64,000 bases of DNA from contig CBDCCZ010000006.1 of the NCBI GenBank assembly GCA_965215005.1, positions 1 to 64,000 of the forward strand, in the 5' to 3' direction. This document shows positions 31,878 through 41,416 of this stretch, in pieces. The notes under the pieces were generated by a model. That model was not told the origin of the DNA and made no database searches. It worked only from the letters and a program-made list of their open reading frames with translations. Positions within the stretch are counted from its first letter, which is position 1. Every line of letters begins with the position of its first letter. Made by a program: the position numbers and the translations under genes. Source of the stretch: Kofleriaceae bacterium (lineage in GTDB: Bacteria; Myxococcota_A; Polyangia; Haliangiales; Haliangiaceae).

Positions 31878-32699
31878 CTAGCGCAGCGCGTTGACGAGCA
31901 GCTCGCCAAACCCGCCGCAGTTGTCTTGTTCATGGCCAACGAAAAGCAGTCGGATGCTTGCTCCTCGAACCATCGGCGCGAGCGCGACGTTGGGGTCGGG
32001 GCTGCCAGATAAATCGACCGACTCCGAGTAGACCGCTTCACCACGGTCATCGAGGACCTGCACCGTCACTTGCCCAAACCCATAGAGCTCACGAAACGAT
32101 GAGCGGCTGTGGTCGGCGTTGTTGATGATGGAAATTTTCTCGATGCATTCGCTGGCCGTGCCGGTCCACTCGTAGACGCTCGGTTGGCCGCCTTGCTCGG
32201 GCCCGCTCGAGAACCACGACGTGGATAGATCCCCATCGACCGCGAGCGGCGCTGCGTAAGCGCTTCCGAAAATGGTAGACGCCTGCACCCGTCCTTCGCT
32301 TGCAATGGGCACCGAAAGTCGCGCCTCACCCTCGCACTCGAGCGCCTCCGGGCCGCTGCACGCGAACGTCCCAGTTCCGCATGCGCCGCACGGCGCTCCC
32401 GGCGCTGCAGCCAAGACCGCGCTGCCGCCGCAGCCGTTGACGGCAGCGACGCCTGCATCGGCGGCAGAGGTTGCCACGCAGCGGCCACCCAAATCCGCCG
32501 CGGCTGAATCGTCCCACCGATAGTCCCCCTCGCAGCTCGAGTCTCGGAACGCGCAGAAGCCTTCTGGCTGGATGCATACACCGATGCTGTCGCCATGCTG
32601 GCAGAACTCGTCTTGCGTGCAAACAATTTCGCTAGAGTCAGCGCCACAAGCCGCTAGCAGCGCGCATGCAGCAAGGATTGCGGTCAACGTGGCCGGCAT
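31878..32699 (-). CDS. Cys-rich lipoprotein with discoidin/F5-8-like C-terminal domain
   Basis: LAAC lipobox; AS.......P.AVDGD.STSW motif. Confidence 0.7.
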   Translation of the reverse strand: MPATLTAILAACALLAACGADSSEIVCTQDEFCQHGDSIGVCIQPEGFCAFRDSSCEGDYRWDDSAAADLGGRCVATSAADAGVAAVNGCGGSAVLAAAPGAPCGACGTGTFACSGPEALECEGEARLSVPIASEGRVQASTIFGSAYAAPLAVDGDLSTSWFSSGPEQGGQPSVYEWTGTASECIEKISIINNADHSRSSFRELYGFGQVTVQVLDDRGEAVYSESVDLSGSPDPNVALAPMVRGASIRLLFVGHEQDNCGGFGELLVNALR

Positions 32700-32829
32700 C
32701 GGCGGGTACTTTGTCAGCCTCGAGCCTGCGTGAGAAGCCTCAAGTTCGCCCGCTCGTCGGCTCCGTAAGCGCGGCTACTCGTATGACGAGTCATGCCCGA
32801 GGTCGTGGACGCGCGCACGTCGCGCCGGC

Positions 32830-33432
32830 TCACAACATGAGCGTGCCGCCGGTGCCGATGCCACCACCCGCCCCGTACGACGTCATATACGCGCTCCGGG
32901 GCAGACGCTCGCGGGGCGCAACTTGCGCGTGCGGCTCGTCTGGAGTGGGCTCGGGCAGCGGATAATCCACAGGCTGCACCACCATGACGGGACACGCAGC
33001 CAGCTTCAAGAGTCGCTCTGGCACCGAGCCCACGAAGAACGGTACGCGGCCGCGTTCGCCATGACGCCCCACGATTAAGACGTCTGCCTCCACCTCTGCA
33101 GCCAAAGCAGCAAGCTCCTCGGTGGGTTGCCCGACTCGCGCGTGGAGGTGCACCGACCAATTCTCCAGCTCTTGAAGCGATTGGCCGAAGTCCCCGATCT
33201 TCCGACGCACCAGCGCGCGCAGCTCGGCCTCCACGGCAACCAGCTCCTCTCGATCATGCTCCGCATCGCGCTTCTTGAAAAAGCTGCGCGCGATAGAGAC
33301 TACCGTGGCCACGTGCAGCACCGGGCGGTCGTGCCGCCGAGCGGAATCGATGGCGTGCTCGACCACGGTCTCTGAAATGTCAGTGAAATCGATACCTGCG
33401 ACGATGTGAAACTCGCGAATGTCCGAGCTCAT
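32830..33432 (-). CDS. universal stress protein
   Basis: IVAGIDF...GRHG...VGSVPERL..LA.CPV; GGAGG ribosome-binding site. Confidence 0.9.
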   Translation of the reverse strand: MSSDIREFHIVAGIDFTDISETVVEHAIDSARRHDRPVLHVATVVSIARSFFKKRDAEHDREELVAVEAELRALVRRKIGDFGQSLQELENWSVHLHARVGQPTEELAALAAEVEADVLIVGRHGERGRVPFFVGSVPERLLKLAACPVMVVQPVDYPLPEPTPDEPHAQVAPRERLPRSAYMTSYGAGGGIGTGGTLML

Positions 33433-33493
33433 GCTTCCTCCTTGCGGGCAATCGCGCTGTGAAGACTACTGGCGCCATCGCTGGGGTCAGCCG

Positions 33494-33510
33494 TGCATGG
33501 AGCAGGCCAG
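33494..33510 (-). promoter_or_regulatory. candidate sigma54 promoter for the USP gene
   Basis: Minus strand CTGGCCTGCTCCATGCA fits GG-N10-GC. Confidence 0.45.
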
Positions 33511-33568
33511 GAATCCGGCACCGCGCCTAGGAAATGGAACGAGACTTGTATCGAGTCCTTGTCCACCC

Positions 33569-34222
33569 ATGACTCACGACGAATCAGAGATGGCGCTGCT
33601 CCGCGAGCGGATGGTGCACACGCAAATCGCCGAGCGCGGCCTGCGCGACGAGCAGATTCTCCTCGCCATGCTCGCTGTCGCTCGACATCGATTCGTGCCC
33701 GAAGAGCTCGCAGCGATGTCGTACGCCGACCGACCGCTGCCTATCGGCGAAGAGCAAACCATCTCGCAGCCGTTCGTCGTCGCGCTGATGACGCGGGCGC
33801 TGCTACTGCAGCCTAGCGACAACGTTCTCGAGATTGGCACCGGGTCGGGGTACGCCGCTGCGGTTCTGTCGCGGTTGGTCGCGCGGGTCTACACGATCGA
33901 ACGAAGGCCGGCGCTCGCGCAAGCGGCCGCCGAGCGCCTCGCCGCGCAGGGCTACGCCAACGTCGAGGTGCGCTGCGGCGACGGGACACTCGGCTGGGCG
34001 GAGGCAGCACCGTTTGACGCCATCGTGGTAACCGCGGGCGGCCCCGCGGTTCCGCAGTCGCTAGCCCTGCAGCTCGCGATTGGCGGCAGAATGGTGATTC
34101 CCGTCGGCGATCGCTCGAGTCAGGAGCTGGTGCGCGTGACGCGCCATGCGAATGGCTTCGAGCGGGAGGTGCTTGAGCAGGTGCGCTTCGTGCCGCTCGT
34201 GGGTGCTGGCGGATGGTCCTGA
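33569..34222 (+). CDS. pcm: protein-L-isoaspartate O-methyltransferase
   Basis: QTISQP, VLEIGTGSGY, APFDAI.VTA, GGRMVIPVG, RFVPL. Confidence 0.95.
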   Translation: MTHDESEMALLRERMVHTQIAERGLRDEQILLAMLAVARHRFVPEELAAMSYADRPLPIGEEQTISQPFVVALMTRALLLQPSDNVLEIGTGSGYAAAVLSRLVARVYTIERRPALAQAAAERLAAQGYANVEVRCGDGTLGWAEAAPFDAIVVTAGGPAVPQSLALQLAIGGRMVIPVGDRSSQELVRVTRHANGFEREVLEQVRFVPLVGAGGWS

Positions 34223-34237
34223 CCACGGCGCTGCCGT

Positions 34238-34687
34238 ATGCTGAGTGGTGCAATGGAACGTCTCACGGTCGGCGACATCATGGTCTCGGAGGTCATCACG
34301 CTGTCGCCCACCGCGACGGTGGCTCAAGCGCGCCAGGAACTAGACCTCAGCTGCATTCATCACCTGCCGCTCGTCGATGGTGACTACAAACTGTGCGGCC
34401 TGGTCACCCCGCGCGACCTCATCCGTTCCCGCGGAGACGCTCAGCGCCCGCTCTCCGAGCTGATGCGGACCGACATCAAGACCGCTCGACCCGACACGCC
34501 AGCGCACGAGGCGGCGTATCTCCTGCTGCGTTACCCCATCGGGTGCGTACCGGTGACCAGCGACGACAACACGCTCCTCGGTCTGATCACGGAGACCGAC
34601 TACGTTCGTATCGCGTATCGGGCGCTCGGCGGTCGCGTGCCCGTTGATGAGATCGAGCGCGAGGAACGCGACGCCGAGCTGGTTTGA
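34238..34687 (+). CDS. CBS-pair protein
   Basis: VGDIM, HLPLVD, IGCVPV, GLITETD; start may be 34253. Confidence 0.88.
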   Translation: MLSGAMERLTVGDIMVSEVITLSPTATVAQARQELDLSCIHHLPLVDGDYKLCGLVTPRDLIRSRGDAQRPLSELMRTDIKTARPDTPAHEAAYLLLRYPIGCVPVTSDDNTLLGLITETDYVRIAYRALGGRVPVDEIEREERDAELV

Positions 34688-34703
34688 CAAGCTAGCAGCG
34701 GAG

Positions 34704-35162
34704 CTAAAGCCGCTCGAGCCGCACCGGCCCCACCATCGGCAGCTCGACCACGAGCGCATCGTCTTGCCAACGCGCGTCCAGCGCGTGCACCTCATCCTGA
34801 TAGCGAACCCGCAGCTGCTCACCATCCCAGCTCAGCAGCTCGCCCTGCTCCGCTCGCTTCACCCCGCCCGCCGAAACAGTCGCGTACATCATTCCAGAAG
34901 CGTCGACTTGAATCTTTACGATCACCGTCCCGTGCTTTTCGGAAACGGTTGAGCCAGCCCAACCTCCTGCGAGTGACTCGACCTCGCTGCCCGCAGTCTC
35001 GCTGGCTCGCTCTGCAGCAGTTGCGCCGTCTCCCGAGCCGACGTTCTCGCCGCTCGCTTGCGGCGAAGGCGCGGGGTCGGCTTGCGGGGGCCGATCGCGG
35101 CTACACCCGAGCAATCCCAGTGCGATGTAGAGAACGAGCGCGCTTACATGGATGAACTGCAC
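34704..35162 (-). CDS. hypothetical lipoprotein
   Basis: LLGC lipobox and low-complexity linker; start uncertain. Confidence 0.6.
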   Translation of the reverse strand: MQFIHVSALVLYIALGLLGCSRDRPPQADPAPSPQASGENVGSGDGATAAERASETAGSEVESLAGGWAGSTVSEKHGTVIVKIQVDASGMMYATVSAGGVKRAEQGELLSWDGEQLRVRYQDEVHALDARWQDDALVVELPMVGPVRLERL

Positions 35163-35234
35163 AGTTGCTCAACGTACTCGAGGCCCTCGCCCAGCGCCAT
35201 GACACACAGCCACTTCGCGGTATGTTCGCCGCCG

Positions 35235-37100
35235 ATGACCCGCGACTCAAACCTCATGCGCCGCGCGCGCGCGTGGCTCGACCAAGACACCGACCCCGTC
35301 ACTCGAAGAGAGCTCGAAGAGCTGATGCAACAGGGTGATGCGACCGAGCTGACCGAACGGTTCGCGGGTCGCCTGGAGTTCGGTACCGCCGGCATTCGCG
35401 GGATTCTCGGTGCCGGGCCGATGCGAATGAACCACGTCGTGGTCCGTGAAGTGACCGCGGGACTGGCCGACTACCTCCTCGACAACGTCGCGAATGCACG
35501 CGATGCCGGCGTGGTGGTTGCCTTCGACGGCCGCCGATATTCGCTGGAGTTCGCTCACGACGCCACTGCCGTACTGCTCGGCAAAGGGCTGCGCGTGTAT
35601 CTAGCAACCGATACGTTGCCAACTCCGACGACGGCGTTTTTGGTCACCGACAAAGCCGCGGCTGCTGGAGTGATGATTACCGCGAGCCACAACCCGCCCG
35701 AATACAACGGTTACAAAGTGTACTGGAGCAACGGCGCGCAGATCATCCCGCCACACGATGAAGGAATCGCTGCAGCCATCGCCCGCGTTGAACGCACCGA
35801 TCAGCTGGAGCTCGGGGACCTCGACGAGGCGCGGGCCAGCGGCCGGCTGGTCGAGCTCACAGATGCCGATGAGCGCCGCTACCTCGATGGCGTCCGCGGT
35901 CTCGCACGCGCGCCGGAACTCGTGCGCCAGCATCCGCTCACGATCGCGTATACGCCGCTCCACGGAGTCGGCGGTCGTTTTGTCGCCGCCGCAATGCGCG
36001 ACGCCGGCGTCGACGCGTTTCACATTGAACCGGGCCAAGCCGACCCAGATGGCGAGTTCCCCACGGTTGCATTCCCCAACCCCGAAGAGGAAGGCGCGAT
36101 GGACCGCGTGCTGGCGCTTGCCGAGCGCGTAAACGCCGACCTCGTCCTGGCCAACGACCCCGATGCTGACCGCCTCGCCGTGGCTATTGCCTCGCGCGAT
36201 GGCGGCTGGCGGCAACTCAGCGGCGATGAGGTCGGGGTTCTCCTTGCCGACTATCTGCTCCGTCATGAGCACGAACGTGAGCGGCTGCTGCGCTCCGGAA
36301 GCGATGACGCGGTCGACGGCCGCCGCGATGCGGGTCAAGCGACGCCGGCAACAGCCGCTCAAGGACTCTCGGCGTCGCCCTCACCGGTAGTTTTCCCAGC
36401 GGCGTCGGGCTCACGCCGCCAAGCACTGGTGGCAACGACGATCGTGTCGTCGTCGCTGCTTTCGCGCATGGCCAGCGCCGCAGGCGCGGCGTATCGCGAA
36501 ACGCTGACGGGGTTCAAGTGGATTGCCAACGCCGCCCTCGACGAACGGCGCAACCACGACCGTCACTTCGTGTTGGGTTACGAGGAAGCCCTTGGATACA
36601 GCGTGGGGGAGCTGGTCCGCGACAAAGATGGCGTGAGCGCAGCGATGCTGCTTGCCGAGCTGACCGCGTGGGCCAAGAGTCGCAAGCAAACCCTCGAAAC
36701 TTGGCTCGAGGATCTCTATCGCCAATTCGGTCTTTATCTAACCGAGCAGCAGTCAATCACCCTGCCGGGCAGTGATGGGCTCGAACAGATTCGCAGCATC
36801 ATGGAGCAGCTTCGCAGCGAGCCACCGACGGCCATTGGCGGCTTTGTGGTGGAGCGCTACCAAGATCTCAACCGTCCCGACAGCGAGCTGCCGCAGAGCG
36901 ACGTGCTCATCTATCGCCTCCAGGGCCGCCATCGAGTCATCGTTCGACCCTCTGGAACCGAGCCAAAGCTCAAGAGCTACTACGAGGTGTGCGAGCCCGT
37001 CGCCGCGGACGAGCCGGTTGCGGCCGCCGAGCAGCGAGCGCGGCAAACCCTGCAAACGCTGCGAAGTGCTCATCAAGCCACTATCTCCAGTTTGCTTTAG
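35235..37100 (+). CDS. phosphomannomutase/phosphoglucomutase
   Basis: FGTAGIRG, TASHNP, DPDADR, GYEEALG, RPSGTEPK. Confidence 0.95.
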   Translation: MTRDSNLMRRARAWLDQDTDPVTRRELEELMQQGDATELTERFAGRLEFGTAGIRGILGAGPMRMNHVVVREVTAGLADYLLDNVANARDAGVVVAFDGRRYSLEFAHDATAVLLGKGLRVYLATDTLPTPTTAFLVTDKAAAAGVMITASHNPPEYNGYKVYWSNGAQIIPPHDEGIAAAIARVERTDQLELGDLDEARASGRLVELTDADERRYLDGVRGLARAPELVRQHPLTIAYTPLHGVGGRFVAAAMRDAGVDAFHIEPGQADPDGEFPTVAFPNPEEEGAMDRVLALAERVNADLVLANDPDADRLAVAIASRDGGWRQLSGDEVGVLLADYLLRHEHERERLLRSGSDDAVDGRRDAGQATPATAAQGLSASPSPVVFPAASGSRRQALVATTIVSSSLLSRMASAAGAAYRETLTGFKWIANAALDERRNHDRHFVLGYEEALGYSVGELVRDKDGVSAAMLLAELTAWAKSRKQTLETWLEDLYRQFGLYLTEQQSITLPGSDGLEQIRSIMEQLRSEPPTAIGGFVVERYQDLNRPDSELPQSDVLIYRLQGRHRVIVRPSGTEPKLKSYYEVCEPVAADEPVAAAEQRARQTLQTLRSAHQATISSLL

Positions 37101-37277
37101 GCACACTTACGCACCTCGCGGCGCCAGATCGTCACATCGAGCAAAATGGCCACACACAGGTAGCAACGACGCTGCCGGTGAGTTTCGCTACCGTGTTCAC
37201 GACCACTGTGGCATGGTCTGCGGGCATCGAATGGCGGAAGCGAAACGCAATAGCGATCATGCGAGCGGAGGACGAAC

Positions 37278-37523
37278 GTGGTGACTCAACGCATCGAGAC
37301 TCTGGTAAACGGCGGCGACTGGGCCTGCGCACATGCAGATGACGCTTCGCTGGCGCAGGTTTGCCGCGAACTTGCCGAGGAGCTCTCTCCACAGCTCGCT
37401 GATCTTGCCGAGACCATCGCGCGCATGAGCGAAGCCGATCGCTTCGAGCACGCCACAGCACAGTGGATGCGGTTGGTGGCAGCGGTGCGCAATCCTCGCG
37501 GCTCTGCCACGGCGCCGAGTTAA
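37278..37523 (+). CDS. small hypothetical protein
   Basis: GGAGG upstream of GTG; helical 81-aa ORF filling the gap. Confidence 0.55.
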   Translation: MVTQRIETLVNGGDWACAHADDASLAQVCRELAEELSPQLADLAETIARMSEADRFEHATAQWMRLVAAVRNPRGSATAPS

Positions 37524-37888
37524 AGCCGCGGTCGCCACTCGCACGCGGCACGAGTCGTGGCGTGATAAGCGGCCGTGTGAAAGCGGGCACGCGGCCGATT
37601 TCCGCGCGGAAGCGCTGCTTCCAACGTCGGCTCAGCGTCGAGGTCGTCTCACCCGGCAGTAATTGCCCCTCCACATAGAGCCAATCTTCGTTGGCCGCCG
37701 GCAGTCGTTCAAATACGACTTGCGGTGCCCGCGGTTTAGTAACAATCTCTTGCACGAGCCGGACTGCCGGCCGCGTTCTCTTTTCGCCTCGTGGGGGAGC
37801 GAGGCGAGACGCCCTGCCCCGGAATTACCGCGCCACCGGGTCGCCGCAACCACGCGGCTTGGGTGCCGGCGCGCGGTGTTGGACGAGC

Positions 37889-39127
37889 ATGAGGATGAGT
37901 CAAACCGCCGAGAAATCCGAAGCCCGCCGCGAGCTCAGCGACTCGCTGGACGCGCTAAACGCATACTTTCGCGAGCTCACCGCGCACGACGTGCTGGCCG
38001 CCGACGACGAGCTCACGCTAGCACGCGAGATTGAAGACCATGACGTCGCTCTCTGGCGCCAGGTTCTCACGCATGCGCCTTCCGCGGTGTATCTCACCCA
38101 CTTGCTCGATGAGCGCATGGATGAGCCGCTCAATGAGCTAGCGAGCTTGCGAGTGCGCGCCGAAGCCGCGCGCAAGACGAGAAAACGCAGTGCTCGGCAA
38201 GCGCTCGAGCAGGAGGCCGAAACACTGGCTCCGCTGCTGCGCGGTCGCGACCTCGATAGGATCTATCGTGACCTCGTGCTCGGGGAGCTCGAGGTTCTCG
38301 CCAGTGCTCCCGAGCGCCGGCGTTTAGACGTGCCGCTGGGGTTTTCGCCGCGCTCCAGCGGATTCGCGCGTCACCTGCACTCGATACGGGCTTGCGAGCG
38401 GAGCGCTCAGCGCGCCCGCCAGGTGTTCGTCAACGCCAACTTACGGCTGGTGGTGACCGTTGCCCGTCGCTATTACCGCGGCACACTACCGCTCTCGGAT
38501 CTGATTCAAGAGGGCAACCTCGGCCTGATGAAAGCGGTTAATCGCTTCGACTACCGCCGCGGCTACAAGTTCTCCACGTACGCCACCTGGTGGATCCGCC
38601 ACACCGTCGGCCGCGCGCTCGCTAACAAAGGGAACGCTGTGCGGGTTCCGGTGCATGTCACCGATGCAATGCAGCGCGTGGGCCGAGTGCGGCGCGAGCT
38701 CTCGAGTCGGCTGGGCCGAGAGCCGAGCGCCGAGGAGCTGGCCGAGGCAGCGGAGTTATCGGTCGACAAGATCGCCGACCTCGAGCAGAACGTGCCCAAG
38801 TTCACGATGTCGCTCGATCAGCAAGTCGGCGACGATGACGGCCAGTCGCGTCTCGAAGTATTTCGCGATCCCAACGTCGAGCTCCATACGCCGTTCGATG
38901 CGCTGTTCGACAAGACCACGTGCAACGCGGTCGTGGAGCTGCTCGACAAGCTCAAGCCGGTCGAGTCCGACATCATCCGCCAACGCTTCGGCCTGGAAGG
39001 CGGCGATGAGCGCACGCTGCAGGAGATTGCGGATCAATACGGGCTGTCGCGCGAGCGCATTCGGCAGATCCAACAAGAAGCGCTGGGCAAGCTGCGGCGG
39101 GCGCTGCGCCGCAGCGACTGGCTCTAG
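37889..39127 (+). CDS. alternative RpoD-family sigma factor (no region 1.1)
   Basis: Region 1.2 AYFREL, ANLRLVV, DLIQEGNLGL, KFSTYATWWIR, region 4 LSRERIRQI; start 37889 or 37895. Confidence 0.93.
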   Translation: MRMSQTAEKSEARRELSDSLDALNAYFRELTAHDVLAADDELTLAREIEDHDVALWRQVLTHAPSAVYLTHLLDERMDEPLNELASLRVRAEAARKTRKRSARQALEQEAETLAPLLRGRDLDRIYRDLVLGELEVLASAPERRRLDVPLGFSPRSSGFARHLHSIRACERSAQRARQVFVNANLRLVVTVARRYYRGTLPLSDLIQEGNLGLMKAVNRFDYRRGYKFSTYATWWIRHTVGRALANKGNAVRVPVHVTDAMQRVGRVRRELSSRLGREPSAEELAEAAELSVDKIADLEQNVPKFTMSLDQQVGDDDGQSRLEVFRDPNVELHTPFDALFDKTTCNAVVELLDKLKPVESDIIRQRFGLEGGDERTLQEIADQYGLSRERIRQIQQEALGKLRRALRRSDWL

Positions 39128-39192
39128 TCCCCGTGGTCGTCACCTCATGTTCATGAGTGGCGGCGGCAGCCGCTGGCAGGTTAACCCCGAAG

Positions 39193-39208
39193 TGGCAAGC
39201 TTCCTGCA
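39193..39208 (+). promoter_or_regulatory. candidate sigma54 promoter
   Basis: TGGCAAGCTTCCTGCA fits GG-N10-GC, ending 12 nt before ATG 39221. Confidence 0.55.
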
Positions 39209-39220
39209 AACTCTCGGTTC

Positions 39221-39772
39221 ATGACCATCGCCAGCTACGAACCAGTTATCCTGCGTGTGGCCAACCGCACCGCTCTCGACAACGATGCTGCCAAGCGCAC
39301 CGTTGCCGTGGTCGTCGAGTCGATCGAACGTGGAGATCTCGCCGACCAAGACGATCTCGTGCACCGAGTGGCCGATGCACTGGACCTCGAGCTGAGCTTT
39401 GCCTTCGAGCACACGCAAGTCGTTTGCGAGGCAATCACCGAGCTGTGTGAGCCCTCGGCAACGGCGGTGCTCAAGGAAGCGGCGCCCAAAGATGTTCGCG
39501 AGCTTTTCATCGCCAGCCCGGACCGGCCCGAGTATCACGCACCTCACACTGTGACCCCCGAGGAGCCGCATACCTTGGCTGCGGGCCGTGGTGGCAGCAG
39601 TACGCCACTATTTGAAGCCGACGCCGATCGGGCGCAACACGAATCGGTTGCCACCAGCGATAACCCCCACGCTAGCGACAAGATCTCCTCTAGCGCGGGT
39701 AAGCAAGAAGGGCGAACACTGGCGAGTGGCGCACCAGGCTCTTCGCGACCCTTGAGTCAACCGAGGGACTAG
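39221..39772 (+). CDS. hypothetical protein (possibly DUF2267-like N-terminus)
   Basis: Helical N-terminus and duplicated TLA.G..GSS.PL motif in the tail. Confidence 0.65.
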   Translation: MTIASYEPVILRVANRTALDNDAAKRTVAVVVESIERGDLADQDDLVHRVADALDLELSFAFEHTQVVCEAITELCEPSATAVLKEAAPKDVRELFIASPDRPEYHAPHTVTPEEPHTLAAGRGGSSTPLFEADADRAQHESVATSDNPHASDKISSSAGKQEGRTLASGAPGSSRPLSQPRD

Positions 39773-39823
39773 CAAGCATCGGCGCGGAAGCAGTCAACAG
39801 CCCGCGTATCAGCCGTCCTCAGA

Positions 39824-41416
39824 TCAGCGAGATTGGCCGCGGGCGGGGCCGGCGACGCGCGCCGCTTGGCGTGGCGTCGCGTGAAGGCGCTCGATCAACG
39901 CCGCGATGGCCTCGATCGCCACCGGCTTCGTCAGGTGCTCATCGAAGCCGGCAGCGAGGGCACGTTGGCGATCAAGTGCCTGGCCATAACCAGTCATCGC
40001 CACGAGCACCAACTGATGGCCTTCGTTGCGAACGCGGCTGGCTAGCTCATACCCGTTCATGCCGGGCAGCCCGACGTCGACGAGAGCAGCATGAGGAGGC
40101 TGAGCGAGGATGTGCTCAAGCCCCGCTTCGGCGGAGGCGCAGGCCGCAACCGTATAACCTCGGTTGGATAAGGCCAGCGTCAGCAACTCGCGTAGATCAT
40201 CGTTGTCTTCTACGAGCAGCAGGTGCAGCGCGTGACGCACGGCCTGAATGGCATCGTAGTCGCCCTCAGCGGTGGGAGCCGCGGCTATTGGCGCAGCGAC
40301 CTGCGGCAGCTCGACAATGAAGCTTGCCCCGTGGCCAATACCGTCGCTGCTGGCGCGGCAAGTGCCGCCGTGCAACTCCACTAGCCGAACAACGAGCGGC
40401 AGGCCAAGACCAAGGCCGCCATCCGCGCGATCGAGGCTCGCGTCGACCTGAAAGAACGGCTCGAAGATGGTCTCGAGGTCGGCCGCGGCGATGCCGATGC
40501 CTTCATCGCGCACTTCAATCTGCGCCGCACCGTCTACGGCGCGCACCGTCATAGAGGTGCGGCCGCCGGTGGGCGTATATTTGATAGCGTTGGTGAGTAG
40601 GTTGACCAGCACCTGGTTGAGGCGAAGCGCATCGGCGCTAACGTGCACCGGAGCGACCGGCAACGTCACGTCCAGCTCGACTTGCTTTCGCGCGGCGCGG
40701 CCAGCTACCTCTTCGATCGCCCGCCGCGCAAGCTCACAGGCATCAACGATGCTGCAATCGAGAACGATTTTGCCCGCGAGCACTCGTGAAACGTCGAGCA
40801 AGTCGTCGACAAGACGGCCGAGATTGCCGAGCTGCCGGTCGAGCACCGCGAGCGCCGCGGCGCTGCCGTCACCATCCGTGCGCAGAACATCCAACGCAGT
40901 CAAACTCGCCGCTAATGGGTTGCGCAACTCGTGGCCGAGCATCGCCAAAAACTGATCCTTCTTGCGATCTGCCTCGGATAGCCGCTCGAGCAGATTACGC
41001 GAGCGATATTGCCGCTGCCTCGAACGCAGCGCGGTTCGCACCACCGTGAGTAGCGAGTGGATACGGATCGGCCGCTCGAGAATCGTGATGTTGCTGATCG
41101 CTGCGATCCGCGGGTTGATCGAGGTGGTACGGGTGGCAGCTTTGGTGAACACCAAGAGGTGCAAATCCGACCAGTCTGGCTGCTCATCGAACAGCCGCAC
41201 CAGTCGATCGAGACCCGCGCTGCTCAGCGCTTCCTCCGCGATAATCGCCGTGCCTGCGCCGCGGGTTAGCTCGTCGCAGAGAGAACCATCTGTTGGGCAC
41301 TCCGCCCACGGCCAGCCCTGCTCTTCTAGAAAACGTCCGACCAAGGCGGCATCGCGCCCTACCGGGGTGCATACCAGCACGCGCGACTCGAGCTCGCCGC
41401 CCCCTCGCGCGCTCAC
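39824..41416 (-). CDS. hybrid sensor histidine kinase/response regulator
   Basis: H-box LGHELRNPL, N-box NLLTNAIKYT, G boxes, C-terminal receiver; degenerate N-terminal receiver. Confidence 0.95.
   Translation of the reverse strand: MSARGGGELESRVLVCTPVGRDAALVGRFLEEQGWPWAECPTDGSLCDELTRGAGTAIIAEEALSSAGLDRLVRLFDEQPDWSDLHLLVFTKAATRTTSINPRIAAISNITILERPIRIHSLLTVVRTALRSRQRQYRSRNLLERLSEADRKKDQFLAMLGHELRNPLAASLTALDVLRTDGDGSAAALAVLDRQLGNLGRLVDDLLDVSRVLAGKIVLDCSIVDACELARRAIEEVAGRAARKQVELDVTLPVAPVHVSADALRLNQVLVNLLTNAIKYTPTGGRTSMTVRAVDGAAQIEVRDEGIGIAAADLETIFEPFFQVDASLDRADGGLGLGLPLVVRLVELHGGTCRASSDGIGHGASFIVELPQVAAPIAAAPTAEGDYDAIQAVRHALHLLLVEDNDDLRELLTLALSNRGYTVAACASAEAGLEHILAQPPHAALVDVGLPGMNGYELASRVRNEGHQLVLVAMTGYGQALDRQRALAAGFDEHLTKPVAIEAIAALIERLHATPRQAARVAGPARGQSR

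Noticed and set aside
33535..33550. sigma54 promoter for pcm (TGGAACGAGACTTGTA)
   Set aside because: The -12 dinucleotide is GT rather than GC; too weak to call
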